64,000 nt of DNA from a virus. Positions 10,208-20,141 of the stretch are shown here, in pieces. The stretch covers positions 1-64,000 of the IMG/VR virus record IMGVR_UViG_3300028920_000050. One strand, 5' to 3'. Under the pieces are notes generated by a model, which worked only from the letters and a program-made list of their open reading frames with translations, was not told the origin of the DNA and did no database searches. Position 1 is the stretch's first letter. Each line of letters starts with the position of its first letter. The position numbers and the translations under genes are program-made.

Positions 10208-12030
10208 CTACGGGATACCTTTCCGTCAACACAGAAATCTAAAGGCATTTTAGACTTAATAACCTTGGACATACACTTACGCAATAGTGCCTGAGCTTTC
10301 TTAGCATCTTTTTTCTTCACATCAATAACAATCTCATCATGAACCTGCATGATTAATTTAGCATCAAGCTTGGCTTTATCACGTTCACGCTGAAAATGGA
10401 TCTGTGCGAGCTTGGTCATATCACCACCTGTACCTTGTACTGGAGTGTTATAACTCTTACGTTCATCCCCGCTTCTTAAGAAACCATCTGAACTGAGTAT
10501 GTTATTAAGGGGTCTCCTTCTTTTAAAAAGAGTTTCACAATAACCGTGGGAGCGTGCAAAGGAAACAGACCTCTGCATGAAATTAAATACACCCCTGAAC
10601 CTTGTTTTAAAGTTCTCAATATACTCACTGGCCGTGCTTGGTGTTATCCACTTACCTGTGGCTTGAAAGATCTGCTCCACCAAGCTGTCCCGCCCCATGC
10701 CATAAAGCACACCGAAGGACACTTTCTTCGCTTCATCACGTGAGCAGTTACACATGTCCGCAACCGTCTGATGTATATCTTCATTGTTATTAAAGGCAGA
10801 GAGCATTACAGGGTCTTTTGACAAGACCGCCGCGATCCTTAGTTCCAGCTGAGAATAGTCCTCCACGTCCAAAATCCGACCCTTGGCTGCAACGAATATT
10901 TTCCTGAAGCCGTACTCATCACGTGCAGGAATATTCTGGAGGTTAGGATCAGAACTTGACAGTCTACCTGTTCTGGTTCCCACAGCTTTGTATCCACCAT
11001 ATATTTTTCCATCATTAGTCCGCTCAAGCTGTTCTGCAATTCCATCTACAAAGTCTCCCTTTAGTTTCTGCAAGCTTTTATATTTAATTAACTCCTCAAC
11101 ACCCTTATGCTTTTTACCAAGCTTCTTGAGTGTTTTCATATCCGTTTTCGGTGTGCCCTCATCAGTGTAAGCAGGACACTTAATCTTAAGCACACCATAA
11201 AGATGTTCACCTAACTGCTTAGTACTTTTCAGATTAAACTGACGGCTTACCTTTAGTAACCGTCTGCACTTTCTTTCTATATTAACAAGATCTTCATTAA
11301 CAAGATCCCGCACCTTTTCAAGCCGGTCCTCATCAATACTTACACCCTCACGTTCCATCTCAATGACAACATAGGTGTAAGGCTTATCTATTTTATCATA
11401 TACCTTTTTAAGGACAGGGCTTTTTGCAAGGCGGGGCTTGTACTTGTCATAAAGTCTGAGCGTATACACAGCATCATCAATAGCATAACTGCACACTTCA
11501 GGATAAGGCACGTCCCGTATATCCCGCTTTCCTACAACGTCCTTAAACTTCTCTGCCCTCTCCCCAAGTTCAACCTGAGCGAGTTTCTTAAGAGAGTTCC
11601 CTTCCTCAGAGTCCAAGACATAATGCATAAGCATTGTGTCCTCAAAGTCAATCTTTATAGGAAGCTGATACTTTTCAAGTACGTGAAAGTCATAAGACGC
11701 ATTATGAAAAATAACCTTCTTCCTCTTAATAACAGTCGTCAGCCTTTTATGTACATCAGTCACCCGAAGGAATGGGTGCTCTGATCCTACATTAAACATA
11801 AAGGGAATAGCGGCACCTTCATACCTCTTACCTTCTCTCCATGCAAAAGAGATCACAACAACTTCCAGTAGCTTTCGCTTAAGTGAAGTTGTTTCCGTGT
11901 CAAGCGAAAATTCCTTGACTTTGCTCAGTTTACTCATCAACCAGGTAAACTGTTCTTTTGTCTGTATTATATTTTTATGCTTAGTGTATTCAAAGAAATC
12001 AAAAAGCGATCTTGTTTGTAAAGTTCTCAT
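10186..12030 (-). CDS. polA: Family A DNA polymerase (3'-5' exonuclease plus polymerase)
   Basis: LDTETT, HNASYD, TGRLSSSDPNLQNIP, DYSQLELR, K..SFGVLYG, QVHDE. Confidence 0.97.
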   Translation of the reverse strand: MRTLQTRSLFDFFEYTKHKNIIQTKEQFTWLMSKLSKVKEFSLDTETTSLKRKLLEVVVISFAWREGKRYEGAAIPFMFNVGSEHPFLRVTDVHKRLTTVIKRKKVIFHNASYDFHVLEKYQLPIKIDFEDTMLMHYVLDSEEGNSLKKLAQVELGERAEKFKDVVGKRDIRDVPYPEVCSYAIDDAVYTLRLYDKYKPRLAKSPVLKKVYDKIDKPYTYVVIEMEREGVSIDEDRLEKVRDLVNEDLVNIERKCRRLLKVSRQFNLKSTKQLGEHLYGVLKIKCPAYTDEGTPKTDMKTLKKLGKKHKGVEELIKYKSLQKLKGDFVDGIAEQLERTNDGKIYGGYKAVGTRTGRLSSSDPNLQNIPARDEYGFRKIFVAAKGRILDVEDYSQLELRIAAVLSKDPVMLSAFNNNEDIHQTVADMCNCSRDEAKKVSFGVLYGMGRDSLVEQIFQATGKWITPSTASEYIENFKTRFRGVFNFMQRSVSFARSHGYCETLFKRRRPLNNILSSDGFLRSGDERKSYNTPVQGTGGDMTKLAQIHFQRERDKAKLDAKLIMQVHDEIVIDVKKKDAKKAQALLRKCMSKVIKSKMPLDFCVDGKVSRSWGEAKG

Positions 12031-12048
12031 TAGTTTTCTCCATGTAGT

Positions 12049-12089
12049 AAAAGAGCAGGGATTGCCTTCCCTCTACGCAATCCCCACTC
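12049..12089 (-). terminator. Intrinsic terminator after the SSB gene
   Basis: GAGTGGGGATTGC/GCAATCCCTGCTC stem followed by TTTT on the minus strand. Confidence 0.5.
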
Positions 12090-12123
12090 TCATTTACTGA
12101 TTTTCTACAGTAATTGCAGCTAC

Positions 12124-12876
12124 TTAATCGTAGTCTACGTCCTCACCTTCATCAGAGTCATCTACCTCAGCGCCATCCCCATCACCCGATGCTTCACCAG
12201 CATCAAGTAGTCCGTTGACACGCAGTATAGCCTGTACCTCTGAGGCGGGAGGCAGAGCAAAGAAAGCTTCCCACGTAAAAGCCTTTATGAGTTTAAGGAG
12301 TTCCTTTTCCTCTTTAGACTCACCAAGTTTTTTAATCTTGGGAGCACTGGCCTTTTCAATATGGTAAGCAGTGTCCGTATTGGAACCTGTGCGATAGAAC
12401 TCCCACGTTAATTGCAGGAAATCCTTTTTAAACTTATCATACTTCTTTTCAATCAGAGGTATTGACTTCTGACCTACCATCAGCACGAAAAGCGTTCCTC
12501 CACGTTTAGTCATCGTGATCTTGGTACTCTTATAGTTACCATTACGGTCCTTGATCGTTTCAAACTTACGTCTGTCGATCACCAGATAAGCGTTCTGGTA
12601 AGTGGGCCTGTGACCACGTGAACACATGATGCACGTTGAGTTTGGATCATCCTCATCAATAGTACAGACAATCCAAGCCCAATAAAAGTTTCCTTTCTTG
12701 GACTTTTTACGAACCTTATGGACATAGACACCTGTTGGTTCTTCGTGCGTAAACACGATTTTGGTCTCTTCATCCTCCTTAAGAAGCAACTGCTTTACAC
12801 GAGCTGACTTCTGCCGGTCAAGGTTTTTCTTATGCTCTTTTCTGGCGACTTCTCGCCCTTGTTTAATGAATCCCAT
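12124..12876 (-). CDS. Phage gp32-like single-stranded DNA-binding protein
   Basis: VH, C..CIMC Zn site, RTG...DT.Y, very acidic C-terminal tail; adjacent to the polymerase. Confidence 0.7.
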   Translation of the reverse strand: MGFIKQGREVARKEHKKNLDRQKSARVKQLLLKEDEETKIVFTHEEPTGVYVHKVRKKSKKGNFYWAWIVCTIDEDDPNSTCIMCSRGHRPTYQNAYLVIDRRKFETIKDRNGNYKSTKITMTKRGGTLFVLMVGQKSIPLIEKKYDKFKKDFLQLTWEFYRTGSNTDTAYHIEKASAPKIKKLGESKEEKELLKLIKAFTWEAFFALPPASEVQAILRVNGLLDAGEASGDGDGAEVDDSDEGEDVDYD

Positions 12877-12934
12877 ACGAGATCTCCTTATTAATATTTA
12901 TTTCCCCAACGGGGATGTTTTGATCCTAACGGAT

Positions 12935-13255
12935 CTATCCGTCCAGGACATCCTGGGCATTTGCCCACCTATCTAAATGATCAGTGAGCAACTCATCCAT
13001 AGCATTGAATGTGCTGTCTATCTCCTCTCCTTTCTGAAGGTCACGAGAGATGCCAACATCCATCTTGGCTGAGTTATAGTTACCAAGATTAACAGTTCTT
13101 CCACGATTAATGTGGAGACGAACATCACCCTTCTTGAAATCAATATCAGAGGGTGTCTCAGTCTCGGAACTTTTCTTGGTAACTCGTCTTTTCTTTTCAG
13201 ACGGCTTCTCCGTCTTTTTTGCTTTCGTTGTCTTGCTACGATAATTTTTAGGCAT
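12935..13255 (-). CDS. Conserved phage protein
   Basis: GRTVNLGNYNSAKMDVG motif. Confidence 0.55.
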   Translation of the reverse strand: MPKNYRSKTTKAKKTEKPSEKKRRVTKKSSETETPSDIDFKKGDVRLHINRGRTVNLGNYNSAKMDVGISRDLQKGEEIDSTFNAMDELLTDHLDRWANAQDVLDG

Positions 13256-13581
13256 TACTTACTCCTTGTAATATTTTTTAAGATGCCATTAGGGGGAGAG
13301 GATGTTCATGGCCATGCCACCCTCAACCGATTGCCTTATTCAGTCAGGTCGTCTGTAGTGCCTACAGCTGATAGACCCTCCCCCCTTAATGGCACCTTTA
13401 TAATCCAAAGTAGCTGGCCCCTTGATGTCTCACTGTCGGATTTATATAGTACTACTTTACCGCCCAGATACCATCTATCTTTATTAGTTCCCGTCATACT
13501 TGTCACCGTTATGCGGAGGGACCGCTACTACTCCAACACGAGTCGGAGCTTCTTACCTCCTTAAACTTATATGAGGCTCTA

Positions 13582-13671
13582 TGCGCCAGGCAGGACTTGA
13601 ACCTGCAGATGCCTTCCCATGTTCTTTCCCTCCCGGTACTCCCATGAAACATATCCGTGAATAACTGGCGA
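13582..13671 (-). ncRNA. tRNA-like element with acceptor stem and T-arm, non-canonical D/anticodon region
   Basis: CGCCAG pairs with CTGGCG; perfect T-arm GCAGG-TTCAAGT-CCTGC; no recognisable D stem or anticodon arm. Confidence 0.5.
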
Positions 13672-13721
13672 CCCATCATGCGACCACACGGAGTCTGGTC
13701 TATTTACGGGCTGTGTTTACA

Positions 13722-14474
13722 TCAATTTTCCACCACTGGCGCTAATAACTTATCTGTTACTACACTCACTCCTCTTTTTTGAATTACCTGTGAAGTACAT
13801 TCCTGTGCATATTCAATAGATACCCTTACATCCTTGTACTTCATAAAATGTATAGCAAAAGCTGCCATAAAAGTATCTCCTGCTCCTGCTATATCTATTG
13901 TTTCAAACTTGTGGGGAGCAGGATAGTGGTCACCCAAAAATACACAGCCATCTGGTCCTACGGTAACAATTAATTTATCTATGTAATCCCCTGTTGTACT
14001 TTTAGTTAATTCATACTCAAGTTTATTTATTTTTATAAACCTTACGCTGTCGGCCCACTTCCCAATACGTTTCTTAGTATCAACAAATACATTCGGGTTA
14101 TCGTTTGCAATACGTACTATATCACTCTCTTCTAAAAACCCCTTACAGTAATCCGCTATAAGTATTGCATCATACTTTTTATAACTCTTAAGGTGTTTAA
14201 TTCGTTCACATGCATCATACTCATCCACCCTCAAAAGTAATGTATTACTTCTGCTGTCTATGTACCTTTTTTTAATAATTAACTCTGGATTGGTTTTTAA
14301 TTCACACTTACATCCTAAAGCTATTACATTGGCATGTACATTTCCAGCCATGCCAGGATTATCAATCTCATACTTCGGTTTTAATACAGGAGCAGGACCT
14401 TCTGGACAAAGACGGTCACACGACCCATAAACAAATACATCTTTACAACTATCACCAACAACTAAGATTTTCAT
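13722..14474 (-). CDS. RfaE/HldE-like PfkB sugar-phosphate (heptose) kinase
   Basis: ILVVGD..D..YG...RL.PE.P.PV, GMAGNV, ADYCKG, DIAGAGDTF. Confidence 0.85.
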   Translation of the reverse strand: MKILVVGDSCKDVFVYGSCDRLCPEGPAPVLKPKYEIDNPGMAGNVHANVIALGCKCELKTNPELIIKKRYIDSRSNTLLLRVDEYDACERIKHLKSYKKYDAILIADYCKGFLEESDIVRIANDNPNVFVDTKKRIGKWADSVRFIKINKLEYELTKSTTGDYIDKLIVTVGPDGCVFLGDHYPAPHKFETIDIAGAGDTFMAAFAIHFMKYKDVRVSIEYAQECTSQVIQKRGVSVVTDKLLAPVVEN

Positions 14475-14492
14475 AAATGTAAGATCTTACAA

Positions 14493-14900
14493 TCACCACT
14501 TGGGCTTTGTACCTCCGTCATATTCCTTGGCAAGTCCACTTAACAACATGATCTCCGCCACACTCACTCCGTCAACATATACATCAGCTACTATCCTGAA
14601 ATACTTACCACGAACAGGATTACGTAGTTCAATAACCTTTGCTGACCTAAGATGTGCTTCAAGTATCTCCTTTGCTTTACGTGCAAGCTTCTTGATCCTT
14701 GGTGGTGTTCCTCTCTTCTCAGGAGTATCTATACCGTTTATTCTTATACCAATATTCTCCCCAAGGATCGCGGGGAACCCTTCTATATTTATATAGAAAG
14801 TATCTCCGTCATACACACGAATTATTTCTATCTTATTAGTTATGTCGTCATAAGCTGACAGACCCATAATAAATAAGATCACAAACAGTAACTTTTTCAT
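14493..14900 (-). CDS. Thermonuclease (SNase family) with signal peptide
   Basis: RVYDGDTF, IRINGIDTPE, GKYFR, GLA; hydrophobic N-terminus. Confidence 0.9.
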   Translation of the reverse strand: MKKLLFVILFIMGLSAYDDITNKIEIIRVYDGDTFYINIEGFPAILGENIGIRINGIDTPEKRGTPPRIKKLARKAKEILEAHLRSAKVIELRNPVRGKYFRIVADVYVDGVSVAEIMLLSGLAKEYDGGTKPKW

Positions 14901-14910
14901 GATAACCTCC

Positions 14911-15492
14911 TTATACCCCGAATGGATGTTCTATATCTTCAACATCTATATCGTCAAATGCTCCCCAGGTTCCGTCCTCTTTTCTTCTTTTTTCAAACTC
15001 CTCTTTATTGCGTTCATAACGCTCAACATTATTTTCTTTACGAGAAGTCCACGCAAGATTACTCACCACACAGTTATACCTATCAGGTAGTATGTGCCCG
15101 ACCTCATAAGTTTCATACTGAGGATCTACTGGAAGCCAAGCATGAGCTACTACCTGATGTAAACAAAAATGCTTTTTCTTTGAAGGACTCGACCCTACAA
15201 GTCTAACTCTGAAACTAGGATAATCCTGTCGTGGCTGTTTACCTCTCGGCACTATCTTAACAAGTAAATGAGATTTAATGTGACGTACCTTTGCACTTGC
15301 ACTCACTTCATAATTTGTATCAGGTATTTGTTTCCAACATTCAATTTGCAACATAATTAATCCGAGTATAAAAACGTACTTAGCTACAAGTACTCCTACT
15401 ATAGTAATAACTAATATTAAAAAGAAAAAATCAGTCAATAAAATCTTGACCCATGACCAAATGTAAGATATTACTTTTTTACCAGACACCAT
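14911..15492 (-). CDS. NUMOD4-HNH endonuclease with an N-terminal hydrophobic extension
   Basis: ECWKQIP..YEVS, HQVVAHAW, VGH...N....NLAW.S..EN. Confidence 0.75.
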   Translation of the reverse strand: MVSGKKVISYIWSWVKILLTDFFFLILVITIVGVLVAKYVFILGLIMLQIECWKQIPDTNYEVSASAKVRHIKSHLLVKIVPRGKQPRQDYPSFRVRLVGSSPSKKKHFCLHQVVAHAWLPVDPQYETYEVGHILPDRYNCVVSNLAWTSRKENNVERYERNKEEFEKRRKEDGTWGAFDDIDVEDIEHPFGV

Positions 15493-15943
15493 CTATCTCC
15501 GCTTCGATCCATTTTCGTTTAAGCAATCTACGAAAGGCATCTGTGTATTTTTTCTTGCCACACACAGTACGTGCAGCATCAAAACAGTTTTTGATTAATT
15601 CCCGCATAGGTCGTGGGTAAAGACGGTCATGCCCCTTGCCACGATCCTTACCTTTAAACGGAGTTGGCATAAGTATACCTTTGTTCTCCATAAGGCGGAT
15701 CGTAGCAACAGTCATTCCGAGATCCTGTGCAATATGTTGCACCCTAAAAAACTCAACAAGCTTTCCATTGATAACTTCAAAAATAGGAGGAGGGGTCTTA
15801 CGTCTGCGGATCTTAACTCTCTCTTTGAGAGTAATTGCGTTACGTAGATAATAGTCATGGTTACGCTTCTTCCGCTTCGCCCCGATGTCACCCTTTCGGA
15901 TCTTCTTCTCTATGGCTTTTTCAGTATCAAGATCTCGTATCAT
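15479..15943 (-). CDS. MerR-like HTH DNA-binding protein
   Basis: IAQDLGMTVATIRLMENKGIL...GHDRLY. Confidence 0.65.
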   Translation of the reverse strand: MIRDLDTEKAIEKKIRKGDIGAKRKKRNHDYYLRNAITLKERVKIRRRKTPPPIFEVINGKLVEFFRVQHIAQDLGMTVATIRLMENKGILMPTPFKGKDRGKGHDRLYPRPMRELIKNCFDAARTVCGKKKYTDAFRRLLKRKWIEAEIDGVW

Positions 15944-15959
15944 AGTTTCACGTGAAACT
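15944..15959. promoter_or_regulatory. parS-like centromere site
   Basis: AGTTTCACGTGAAACT, a perfect palindrome matching 14 of 16 positions of bacterial parS TGTTTCACGTGAAACA; fills an intergenic gap. Confidence 0.6.
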
Positions 15960-16348
15960 TATTTTACATATAAAGAAAATACCGGGAACTGCATTTCTGC
16001 AAGTACGTCCTTGGAAACCTCTCCGTTTAAAACGGCTGTCTCAAGGGCTTCTTCGTCAACAACCTCTATCTTCTTGATACACCCCTTTACCTTATGAGCT
16101 TTAAGGACTGCAACCATTTCTGATTGTGACTTATTTTTCATTGACTTACGCAACTCACACTGCGCATCAGGTGTGGCGAGATCAAAAGAACCTTTTTCAT
16201 TCTTCCCGCCCTTGGCTTTTATGAAAGCTTTAATTGAAGGCTTAAGTTTTTCAACTATTTTTTCATATAACTTAACTTGTGTATTGGCTTTTTTGTATTC
16301 TTTTGTTGCTTCTTCAAAACCTTTCTTCGTTAAAAGTTTTTCTGGCAT
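15959..16348 (-). CDS. Gam/gp157-like coiled-coil protein
   Basis: Coiled coil followed by a VVDEEALE..V..GE motif. Confidence 0.4.
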   Translation of the reverse strand: MPEKLLTKKGFEEATKEYKKANTQVKLYEKIVEKLKPSIKAFIKAKGGKNEKGSFDLATPDAQCELRKSMKNKSQSEMVAVLKAHKVKGCIKKIEVVDEEALETAVLNGEVSKDVLAEMQFPVFSLYVK

Positions 16349-16388
16349 TACTTTCTCCTATAAATTAAGATCACTGTGTTGCACATAG

Positions 16389-16417
16389 ATCTTACCATGA
16401 TATAAGGTTATTGTCAA
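16389..16417 (-). promoter_or_regulatory. Sigma70-type promoter
   Basis: TTGACA-17 bp-TAAGAT with TGn extension. Confidence 0.75.
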
Positions 16418-16429
16418 GTATAGATTTTC

Positions 16430-17314
16430 TCACACTTTGAAACAAAGCTTAGGCTTGACAAACCTTTTCCGTATTTCTTCCAACTCCATATCGCCCGGAT
16501 CTCCATACGGTTCAAGATCCACACGATACTTTATACAACCAACAAACGCTTTAAATAAATTAACTGTTGCTTCCATTCCTCCTTTATCGTTATCCATAGC
16601 AAAACAAACTCTGCTTGTAACTGCTTTAATTTTTTTTACCTGCTTCGGACCAAAGTTTGTACCGAAAACTGAAACCACATTAGCAATACCTGCCTGTTTC
16701 ATCCACGCTACATCCTTGGGTGACTCTACTATAATGATTGTCTTTCCTCTTTCCGCATTGTCCAGGTTATACACATACTTCTGCCTGTCGAAGTCATCAT
16801 TGTACCAGTAGTCCCCTTCATCAAAGGGGTTCCGGTACATCATGCCTACAAGCTTGCCACCTTCCCTGACCGGGAAAAGTAAACGCTTATCCTCATCATT
16901 ATAGAAGATCTCGAACTCTTTAAGTATCTCTTTAGTGAAGCCTTTATGCTTCGTCATGTATTTTGCGTACTGTCCCCTGTAGTATTCAAGTTCTTCAGAC
17001 AACTCCCGCACTTTTCGTGATTGAAAGTTCCTTTTGCCAGAACTAACAGATGTTCCTTTGCCTGTGTAATTTCTGTCCAGTTCTTTTCGGATAAGTGTGA
17101 GTGCTTCGACCTTGCTAATGCTTCTAACTTTTTGAATAAGTTTATAAAGGGGCATTTTACCACAGACGTAACACTTGGCAACAAGTGTTCGCCTGTGTAC
17201 ACCAAACGACCTTCTCCTTTCATCATGCGTGGGGCAGTAGCTGTTAACCCACTCTTCTGTCTCAGATATTCCTGATAGTCCAAGATACTTCTCAAGAAAA
17301 TCAGCTAGATCCAT
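16430..17314 (-). CDS. dnaG: DNA primase (CHC2 Zn finger plus TOPRIM)
   Basis: CPTH.E...SF, CYVCG, IIVES.KD, AMDNDKGG, DPGD. Confidence 0.9.
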   Translation of the reverse strand: MDLADFLEKYLGLSGISETEEWVNSYCPTHDERRRSFGVHRRTLVAKCYVCGKMPLYKLIQKVRSISKVEALTLIRKELDRNYTGKGTSVSSGKRNFQSRKVRELSEELEYYRGQYAKYMTKHKGFTKEILKEFEIFYNDEDKRLLFPVREGGKLVGMMYRNPFDEGDYWYNDDFDRQKYVYNLDNAERGKTIIIVESPKDVAWMKQAGIANVVSVFGTNFGPKQVKKIKAVTSRVCFAMDNDKGGMEATVNLFKAFVGCIKYRVDLEPYGDPGDMELEEIRKRFVKPKLCFKV

Positions 17315-19670
17315 TTTCTTCTGGATAACCCTTATCAGCGGTCTTGTCTACATACGCTTTATCTAAAGCCTGTTTATACTTAGACTGAATATCCTCAAGC
17401 TGTTGCTTTACCTTATCAATCAACTCAGCACGCATAGCATAGTTTTTTTCTGTCTCAGCTGCATACATCTTAGCCTTTGCAAAATCCTTCAGAGCACCTG
17501 CCCATAAGCGAACTCCTGTAAGAAATAAAGCAAACGCTAAAATAATGTTAACCCATAATGGTAAATTAAGATCAACCTTCATCTTTTTCCTCCGGTTTAT
17601 TATTATGTTGTAAGTTCGCAAGTTCCTCCTGTCGCTTACGAACCGTTTTAAGTATACTATCAAATACTTCATCAGTATACTTAAGCTTACTAGCCTCTAT
17701 ATCGAAGCCGTCAAAAGACTCAGTTTCCTCCCGCATACCTTCAAGCTGTCTAGTCATAACACCAACAAGGTGCGGGCTGTTAATAAGAACATTATCTATT
17801 ATCTTAAGTATCGGTATAACGACACCCTGTACTACTGTCATAGCCTCATTAACTTCATTATTTTCTGACATCTACTCCCTCCCCCATTTTTTCTTCATCA
17901 GCTGTAGCCTTATAACACTTGCCATCATACACCCGAAGTAACTTATTTAATTTAGGTGAATAACAGTAACCCTGGAACTTCTTGTCCTGCTCATAGTGAT
18001 TAAAAAAGTTAAGTTCATTACGGGCCGATGTTACTGCCAAAGTTACAATAACTGCATCCTTAAAGTACTTCCTCCCCTTAACAGAATGTGCCGGCACTCC
18101 GTCAATAAGATCAATAGGTTTAAGGCGCTTTATCCCGCGGCCTACTCCAATAATCTTCTTCTTTTTGTGAGCCTCTTTAACTCCCTCCACGTAGATCTCT
18201 TTAAGATGCTCCTTGGGGTAAACTACTACAGACTCGTCTGTATCGACCTCCTCCCCAAGATCAGGCTTGTCAGGTGTGTACTTCGGTCTTTCATTCAACT
18301 TCCTATGTAAGATATTACTTTCTGCTTTGCTCTGCATTAGTATTGCTCCTTTTATCTTTTTTAATCCATATCTCAACCGGATGCCCTTTATAGAAAGTGG
18401 CTTCCTGATTAAGTCTTAGAAACTTTGTTTCTTCTACACTTCGCAGATGTTGTATACTCCCCCTCATCACATCAAGCTCCCGCTGTAAACTATCTATCTT
18501 AGCTTGATACCCCTCAATAACTTTATTAAGATTACGGTGGCCTATATGAAGATGTACATAAAACATCACCCACACAGTAAATAGTATGTATATGTAAGCT
18601 TTAAATGTCATGCTGTTTTCCTCTTATCATATAATGCAAGCCTTCTGGAAGCCCCACCATAGGTGTCAAGGTACTCCTCAAGCTGTTCAATAAGAAACTC
18701 ATTAAACTTGATCTGCTTAACTACCTTCCTATACCCGTTATCTGTTGCGAGTATCTTATCAAGATGTTTCTGCCCCTTCTCTTTAAGTATGCGATTTTTA
18801 TTCCTTGTTATATTGGATCGCATCCTTCTATTTTTGTTTTTATAATCCGAAATAAAATGATCAATCCAATACTTAAGGCAACTCGCTTCAGTTTTAAAAA
18901 GCTTGCTAAACTTTGGATCAAACGTAACAGGACAACTACACCCGCTGTATCCAAAACTAAAATTGTAACCTCCCGACCACTTTCCTTCGTGCTCACCAAC
19001 TCGGATAATAAGGTGATCGCACCATCCTTTATCATCCGCTTTGTATATGGTATGAGAAGTTGGTTCAACGCAAACCCCATGGTCGTTCACTTTGAATTTC
19101 TTGTTCTTCATTGATTGCTCCTACTCTCCACTTGGCTGCTTTATGAGTAAATATATCAAACATCTTCTTCGGCATGCAAATGATATCCTTTACTGCCATC
19201 TGCATTATACAAGAAGGATCAGACACCCTTTTAATGTATACAAAATAATCTTTGAACTTGCCCTTCTTAATAATACCTTTTGTAGCTTTAACAAACTCGT
19301 CTAGTCTGTTCATTTAGACTTCCTTGTTATAGTAAACCGCCCCCTAGTCTCCTTTACCTTTATCTTTTTCTTTTCAGACTTTCCTTTAGGGATTATAGGA
19401 GCCGACTCAGTATTACTTGCCCTTCTTCGTTTCTCAGCTTCTTCAAGGATACCACTGAACTCTTCTCGTAATCGTTCCTCTCCTTTGTAGTTAGCAGCAT
19501 GCACACTGTTATCATCAAACAAACACTTGAAGCATAGACCCTTCGGACCTTTTGACGAGAAGCCTACACAATCTGCCTGTCTTGTTTTACAAGAATAACA
19601 CCAGACCTTCTTTCCATTTTTATCAACAAGCTTACCTTTCTCCTCTCTGTATTCAGTATATGGTGCAGGC

Positions 19671-20141
19671 TTATGCTTTTCCTGTTTTACTTTTTTTGCT
19701 ACGTTTTTTTTCTTTGTTACTTGCTTTTTTACTTGCTTCTTTGGCACGACCTTCCTCCTCTGTATATATTTTGTCACAATGTTCACAGTACCAACTATCT
19801 CCCCCACAATAATGTGGAAGCTTATCACCACATACAGGACAAGGTGGATACTTACTTTTCCTCACCCGCCTTCGATCATTTAATAATTCGTGCAAACTAA
19901 TCTTATTATTTATGAAATAAATAAACATAGCAAGACAGGCAATATCAACTTCCTGACCCTTTCGGCTTTCTATCTGCCGTTTTACATGTTCTTGTAACAT
20001 CACGTGGATTACACCCTCAAGTTCAGGCTGATCCCATCCACATGCCCCCTCATCTGCTTTCTTGAAAAGCTTCTCCTTCATTTTCTCGGCAAAGATGTCT
20101 ATAACTCTAGCCAGCTTTTTTTTCTCAGTAACTGCTTCCAT
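19671..20141 (-). CDS. MazG-like nucleotide pyrophosphohydrolase-like protein with Zn ribbon
   Basis: FA..MKEKL..K..G..GW, VDIACLAMF; CPVCG...CEHC. Confidence 0.45.
   Translation of the reverse strand: MEAVTEKKKLARVIDIFAEKMKEKLFKKADEGACGWDQPELEGVIHVMLQEHVKRQIESRKGQEVDIACLAMFIYFINNKISLHELLNDRRRVRKSKYPPCPVCGDKLPHYCGGDSWYCEHCDKIYTEEEGRAKEASKKASNKEKKRSKKSKTGKA

Noticed and set aside
13582-13671. Canonical tRNA gene
   Set aside because: No D stem or 7-nt anticodon loop can be drawn; kept only as tRNA-like.
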